Origin: Auanema rhodensis
Taxonomy: Eukaryota; Animalia; Nematoda
Reading direction: 5' to 3'
Assembly: GCA_964057225.1 (NCBI GenBank)
Contig: CAXKVF010000093.1
Location: 78,780 to 142,779 of the forward strand
Length of the DNA: 64,000 nucleotides
The notes beneath the pieces are model-generated. The model had not been told where the DNA came from and did no database searches. It saw only the letters and a program-made list of their open reading frames with translations. This document shows positions 57,601-64,000 of this stretch, in pieces. Numbering within the stretch: the stretch's first letter is position 1; each line of letters begins with the position of its first letter. Position numbers and translations under genes: made by a program.

Positions 57601-60600
57601 AAGTTCACGTAAATTTCAAAGTCATGGTTACCATGCACCAATATCAATAAAAATTTGTTTTTAGACTAATATGGACATGGGGAATCTAATTTTGAAAACC
57701 GCATCTCTTTATCTTTCACGTGAAGCGAGTTACATACCAAGTGCACATCACGTGTACATTTAATTAGCATAAATTAAAGTTCACGTAAATTTGAAAGTCA
57801 TGGTTACCATGCACCAATGTCAATAAAAATTTGTTTTTAGACTAATATGGACATGGGGAATCTAATTTTGCAAACCGCATCTCTTCATCTTTCACGTGAA
57901 GCGAGTTACATACCAAGTGCACATCACGTGTACATTTAATTAGCATAAATTAAAGTTCACGTAAATTTCAAAGTCATGGTTACCATGCACCAATATCAAT
58001 AAAAATTTGTTTTTAGACTAATATGGACATGGGGAATCTAATTTTGAAAACCGCATCTCTTTATCTTTCACGTGAAGCGAGTTACATACCAAGTGCACAT
58101 CACGTGCACATTTAATTAGCATAAATTAAAGTTCACGTAAATTTCAAAGTCATGGTTACCATGAACCAATATCAATAAAAATTTGTTTTAGACTAATATG
58201 GACATGGGGAATCTAATTTTGAAAACCGCATCTCTTTATCTTTCACGTGAAGAGAGTTACATACCAAGTGCACATCACGTGTACATTTAATTAGCATAAA
58301 TTAAAGTTCACGTAAATTTCAAAGTCATGGTTACCATGCACCAATATCAATAAAAATTTGTTTTTAGACTAATATGGACATGGGGAATCTAATTTTGAAA
58401 ACCACATCTCTTTATCTTTCACGTGAAGCGAGTTACATACCAAGTGCACATCACGTGTACATTTAATTAGCATAAATTAAAGTTCACGTAAATTTCAAAG
58501 TCATGGTTACCATGCACCAATATCAATAAAAATTTGTTTTTAGACTAATATGGACATGGGGAATCTAATTTTGAAAACCACATCTCTTTATCTTTCACGT
58601 GAAGCGAGTTACATACCAAGTGCACATCACGTGTACATTTAATTAGCATAAATTAAGTTCACGTAAATTTCAAAGTCATGGTTACCATGCACCAATATCA
58701 ATAAAAATTTGTTTTTAGACTAATATGGACATGGGAATCTAATTTTGAAAACCGCATCTCTTTATCTTTCACGTGAAGCGAGTTACATACCAAGTGCACA
58801 TCACGTGTACATTTAATTAGCATAAATTAAAGTTCACGTAAATTTCAAAGTCATGGTTACCATGCACCAATATCAATAAAAATTTGTTTTTAGACTAATA
58901 TGGACATGGGGAATCTAATTTGAAACCGCATCTCTTTATCTTTCACGTGAAGCGAGTTACATACCAAGTGCACATCACGTGTACATTTAATTAGCATTAA
59001 TTAAAGTTCACGTAAATTTCAAAGTCATGGTTACCATGAACCAATATCAATAAAAATTTGTTTTTAGACTAATATGGACATGGGGAATCTAATTTTAAAA
59101 ACCGCATCTCTTTATCTTTCACGTGAAGCGAGTTACATACCAAGTGCACATCACGTGTACATTTAATTAGCATAAATTAAAGTTCACGTAACTTTCAAAG
59201 TCATGGTTACCATGCACCAATATCAATAAAAATTTGTTTTTAGACTAATATGGACATGGGGAATCTAATTTTGAAAACCGCATCTCTTTATCTTTCACGT
59301 GAAGCGAGTTACATACCAAGTGCACATCACGTGTACATTTAATTAGCATAAATTAAAGTTCACGTAAATTTCAAAGTCATGGTTACCATGCACCAATATC
59401 AATAAAAATTTGTTTTTAGACTAATATGGACATGGGGAATCTAATTTTGAAAACCGCATCTCTTTATCTTTCACGTGAAGCGAGTTACATACCAAGTGCA
59501 CATCACGTGTACATTTAATTAGCATAAATTAAAGTTCACGTAAATTTCAAAGTCATGGTTACCATGCACCAATGTCAATAAAAATTTGTTTTTAGACTAA
59601 TATGGACATGAGGAATCTAATTTTGAAAACCGCATCTCTTTATCTTTCACGTGAAGCGAGTTACATACCAAGTGCACATCACGTGTACATTTAATTAGCA
59701 TAAATTAAAGTTCACGTAAATTTCAAAGTCATGGTTACCATGAACCAATATCAATAAAAATTTGTTTTAGACTAATATGGACATGGGGAATCTAATTTTT
59801 GAAAACCGCATCTCTTTATCTTTCACGTGAAGAGAGTTACATACCAAGTGCACATCACGTGTACATTTAATTAGCATAAATTAAAGTTCACGTAAATTTC
59901 AAAGTCATGGTTACCATGCACCAATATCAATAAAATTTGTTTTTAGACTAATATGGACATGGGAATCTAATTTTGAAAACCACATCTCTTTATCTTTCAC
60001 GTGAAGCGAGTTACATACCAAGTGCACATCACGTGTACATTTAATTAGCATAAATTAAAGTTCACGTAAATTTCAAAGTCATGGTTACCATGCACCAATA
60101 TCAATAAAAATTTGTTTTTAGACTAATATGGACATGGGGAATCTAATTTTGAAAACCGCATCTCTTTATCTTTCACGTGAAGCGAGTTACATACCAAGTG
60201 CACATCACGTGTACATTTAATTAGCATAAATTAAAGTTCACGTAAATTTCAAAGTCATGGTTACCATGCACCAATATCAATAAAAATTTGTTTTAGACTA
60301 ATATGGACATGGGGAATCTAATTTTGAAAACCGCATCTCTTTATCTTTCACGTGAAGCGAGTTACATACCAAGTGCACATCACGTGTACATTTAATTAGC
60401 ATAAATTAAAGTTCACGTAAATTTCAAAGTCATGGTTACCATGCACCAATATCAATAAAAATTTGTTTTTAGACTAATATGGACATGGGGAATCTAATTT
60501 TGAAAACCGCATCTCTTTATCTTTCACGTGAAGCGAGTTACATACCAAGTGCACATCACGTGTACATTTAATTAGCATAAATTAAAGTTCACGTAAATTT

Positions 60601-63360
60601 CAAAGTCATGGTTACCATGAACCAATATCAATAAAAATTTGTTTTTAGACTAATATGGACATGGGGAATCTAATTTTAAAACCGCATCTCTTTATCTTTC
60701 ACGTGAAGCGAGTTACATACCAAGTGCACATCACGTGTACATTTAATTAGCATAAATTAAAGTTCACGTAACTTTCAAAGTCATGGTTACCATGCACCAA
60801 TATCAATAAAAATTTGTTTTTAGACTAATATGGACATGGGGAATCTAATTTTGAAAACCGCATCTCTTTATCTTTCACGTGAAGCGAGTTACATACCAAG
60901 TGCACATCACGTGTACATTTAATTAGCATAAATTAAAGTTCACGTAAATTTCAAAGTCATGGTTACCATGCACCAATATCAATAAAAATTTGTTTTTAGA
61001 CTAATATGGACATGGGGAATCTAATTTTGAAAACCGCATCTCTTTATCTTTCACGTGAAGCGAGTTACATACCAAGTGCACATCACGTGTACATTTAATT
61101 AGCATAAATTAAAGTTCACGTAAATTTCAAAGTCATGGTTACCATGCACCAATGTCAATAAAAATTTGTTTTTAGACTAATATGGACATGGGGAATCTAA
61201 TTTTGCAAACCGCATCTCTTCATCTTTCACGTGAAGCGAGTTACATACCAAGTGCACATCACGTGTACATTCAATTAGCATAAATTAAAGTTCACGTAAA
61301 TTTCAAAGTCATGGTTACCATGCACCAATATCAATAAAAATTTGTTTTTAGACTAATATGGACATGAGGAATCTAATTTTGAAAACCGCATCTCTTTATC
61401 TTTCACGTGAAGCGAGTTACATACCAAGTGCACATCACGTGTACATTTAATTAGCATAAATTAAAGTTCACGTAAATTTCAAAGTCATGGTTACCATGCA
61501 CCAATATCAATAAAAATTTGTTTTTAGACTAATATGGACATGGGGAATCTAATTTTGAAAACCGCATCTCTTTATCTTTCACGTGAAGCGAGTTACATAC
61601 CAAGTGCACATCACGTGTACATTTAATTAGCATAAATTAAAGTTCACGTAAATTTCAAAGTCATGGTTACCATGCACCAATGTCAATAAAAATTTGTTTT
61701 TAGACTAATATGGACATGGGGAATCTAATTTTGCAAACCGCATCTCTTCATCTTTCACGTGAAGCGAGTTACATACCAAGTGCACATCACGTGTACATTC
61801 AATTAGCATAAATTAAAGTTCACGTAAATTTCAAAGTCATGGTTACCATGCACCAATATCAATAAAAATTTGTTTTTAGACTAATATGGACATGAGGAAT
61901 CTAATTTGAAAACCGCATCTCTTTATCTTTCACGTGAAGCGAGTTACATACCAAGTGCACATCACGTGTACATTTAATTAGCATAAATTAAAGTTCACGT
62001 AAATTTCAAAGTCATGGTTACCATGCACCAATATCAATAAAAATTTGTTTTTAGACTAATATGGACATGGGGAATCTAATTTGAAAACCGCATCTCTTTA
62101 TCTTTCACGTGAAGCGAGTTACATACCAAGTGCACATCACGTGTACATTTAATTAGCATAAATTAAAGTTCACGTAAATTTCAAAGTCATGGTTACCATG
62201 CACCAATATCAATAAAAATTTGTTTTTAGACTAATATGGACATGGGGAATCTAATTTTGAAAACCGCATCTCTTTATCTTTCACGTGAAGCGAGTTACAT
62301 ACCAAGTGCACATCACGTGTACATTTAATTAGCATTAATTAAAGTTCACGTAAATTCCAAAGTCATGGTTACCATGAACCAATATCAATAAAAATTTGTT
62401 TTTAGACTAATATGGACATGGGAAATCTAATTTTGAAAACCGCATCTCTTTATCTTTCACGTGAAGCGAGTTACATACCAAGTGCACATCACGTGTACAT
62501 TTAATTAACATAAATTAAAGTTCACGTAAATTTCAAAGTCATGGTTACCATGAACCAATATCAATAAAAATTTGTTTTTAGACTAATATGGACATGGGGA
62601 ATCTAATTTTGAAAACCGCATCTCTTTATCTTTCACGTGAAGCGAGTTACATACCAAGTGCACATCACGTGTACATTTAATTAGCATAAATTAAAGTTCA
62701 CGTAAATTTCAAAGTCATGGTTACCATGCACCAATATCAATAAAAATTTGTTTTTAGACTAATATGGACATGGGAATCTAATTTTGAAAACCGCATCTCT
62801 TCATCTTTCACGTGAAGCGAGTTACATACCAAGTGCACATCACGTGTACATTTAATTAGCATAAATTAAAGTTCACGTAAATTTCAAAGTCATGGTTACC
62901 ATGCACCAATATCAATAAAAATTTGTTTTTAGACTAATATGGACATGGGGAATCTAATTTTGAAAACCGCATCTCTTTATCTTTCACGTGAAGCGAGTTA
63001 CATACCAAGTGCACATCACGTGTACATTTAATTAGCATAAATTAAAGTTCACGTAAATTTCAAAGTCATGGTTACCATGAACCAATATCAATAAAAATTT
63101 GTTTTTAGACTAATATGGACATGGGGAATCTAATTTTGAAAACCGCATCTCTTATCTTTCACGTGAAGCGAGTTACATACCAAGTGCACATCACGTGTAC
63201 ATTTAATTAGCATAAATTAAAGTTCACGTAAATTTCAAAGTCATGGTTACCATGCACCAATATCAATAAAAATTTGTTTTTAGACTAATATGGACATGGG
63301 GAATCTAATTTTGAAAACCGCATCTCTTTATCTTTCACGTGAAGCGAGTTACATACCAAG
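45644..63360 (+). repeat. Large intra-array duplication, copy B (right end approximate)
   Basis: Collinear match of rare variants to 1-16.8 kb, with whole-monomer gains and losses. Confidence 0.9.
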
Positions 63361-64000
63361 TGCACATCACGTGTACATTTAATTAGCATAAATTAAAGTT
63401 CACGTAAATTTCAAAGTCATGGTTACCATGAACCAATATCAATAAAAATTTGTTTTTAGACTAATATGGACATGGGAATCTAATTTTGAAAACCGCATCT
63501 CTTATCTTTCACGTGAAGCGAGTTACATACCAAGTGCACATCACGTGTACATTTAATTAGCATAAATTAAAGTTCACGTAAATTTCAAAGTCATGGTTAC
63601 CATGCACCAATATCAATAAAAATTGTTTTTAGACTAATATGGGACATGGGGAATCTAATTTGACAACCGCATCTCTTTATCTTTCACGTGAAGCGAGTTA
63701 CATACTAAGTGCACATCACGTGTACATTTAATTAGCATAAATTAAAGTTCACGTAAATTTCAAAGTCATGGTTACCATGAACCAATATCAATAAAAATTT
63801 GTTTTTAGACTAATATGGACATGGGGAATCTAATTTTGAAAACCGCATCTCTTTATCTTTCACGTGAAGCGAGTTACATACCAAGTGCACATCACGTGTA
63901 CATTTAATTAGCATAAATTAAAGTTCACGTAAATTTCAAAGTCATGGTTACCATGAACCAATATCAATAAAAATTTGTTTTTAGACTAATATGGACATGG

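Larger units (their letters stand above)
1..64000. repeat. Tandem satellite DNA array, 176-bp monomer, ~362 head-to-tail copies, extends past both window edges
   Basis: CAAGTGCACATC recurs at 1, 177, 353, 529, 705, 881, 1057 and so on with period 176 through the whole window. Consensus has 57 G+C in 176 (32%). No unique sequence or inversion seen. Confidence 0.99.
1..64000. other. Probable centromeric/pericentromeric heterochromatin satellite (functional inference only)
   Basis: The ~176-bp AT-rich unit is in the mono-nucleosome size range of known centromeric satellites (171-bp alpha satellite, 178-bp Arabidopsis repeat). The array is very homogeneous and has no TE insertion in 64 kb. No direct evidence of centromere function. 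Confidence 0.5.

Noticed and set aside
1-64000. Protein-coding ORFs or a repetitive protein gene
   Set aside because: The consensus monomer has stops in all three plus frames (TAA 24, TAG 28, TAA 38) and all three minus frames (plus-strand TTA at 23, 27, 37), so ORFs cannot run much beyond one monomer.
1-64000. CRISPR array or repeat-spacer system
   Set aside because: There are no unique spacers; the entire 176 bp is repeated and no cas genes are present.
1-64000. C/A state at position 75 as an information-bearing binary code
   Set aside because: The pattern is adequately explained by the nested duplications marked by linked rare variants, and there is no evidence of a reading mechanism.
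1-64000. Transposon insertion, inversion or telomeric repeat
   Set aside because: No non-satellite sequence, strand switch or short G-rich telomeric repeat was seen anywhere in the window.

Overview
The whole 64-kb window is one uninterrupted head-to-tail tandem satellite array: about 362 copies of a 176-bp, ~32% GC monomer (consensus CAAGTGCACATCACGTGTACATTTAATTAGCATAAATTAAAGTTCACGTAAATTTCAAAGTCATGGTTACCATG[C/A]ACCAATATCAATAAAAATTTGTTTTTAGACTAATATGGACATGGGGAATCTAATTTTGAAAACCGCATCTCTTTATCTTTCACGTGAAGCGAGTTACATAC). All copies are in one orientation and typically differ from consensus by 0-4 substitutions. Unit size and homogeneity are typical of a eukaryotic centromeric or heterochromatic satellite, but I cannot name the family or organism. 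I found no genes, RNA genes, transposons or CRISPR arrays, and no evidence for a new gene-based system. The informative structure is in the variants: 25 copies of a 197-bp monomer (21-bp internal duplication always linked to T149C), two copies of a 95-bp monomer (89-bp deletion with an 8-bp templated insertion), a near-identical ~45.3-45.6-kb-offset duplication, nested smaller duplications and chimeric monomers, and a dyad-rich monomer in which many variants perfect existing quasi-palindromes. After ~58.2 kb, scattered 1-bp homopolymer indels suggest lower sequence accuracy. Variant names use monomer coordinates with position 1 = C of CAAGTG; all counts were made by eye.
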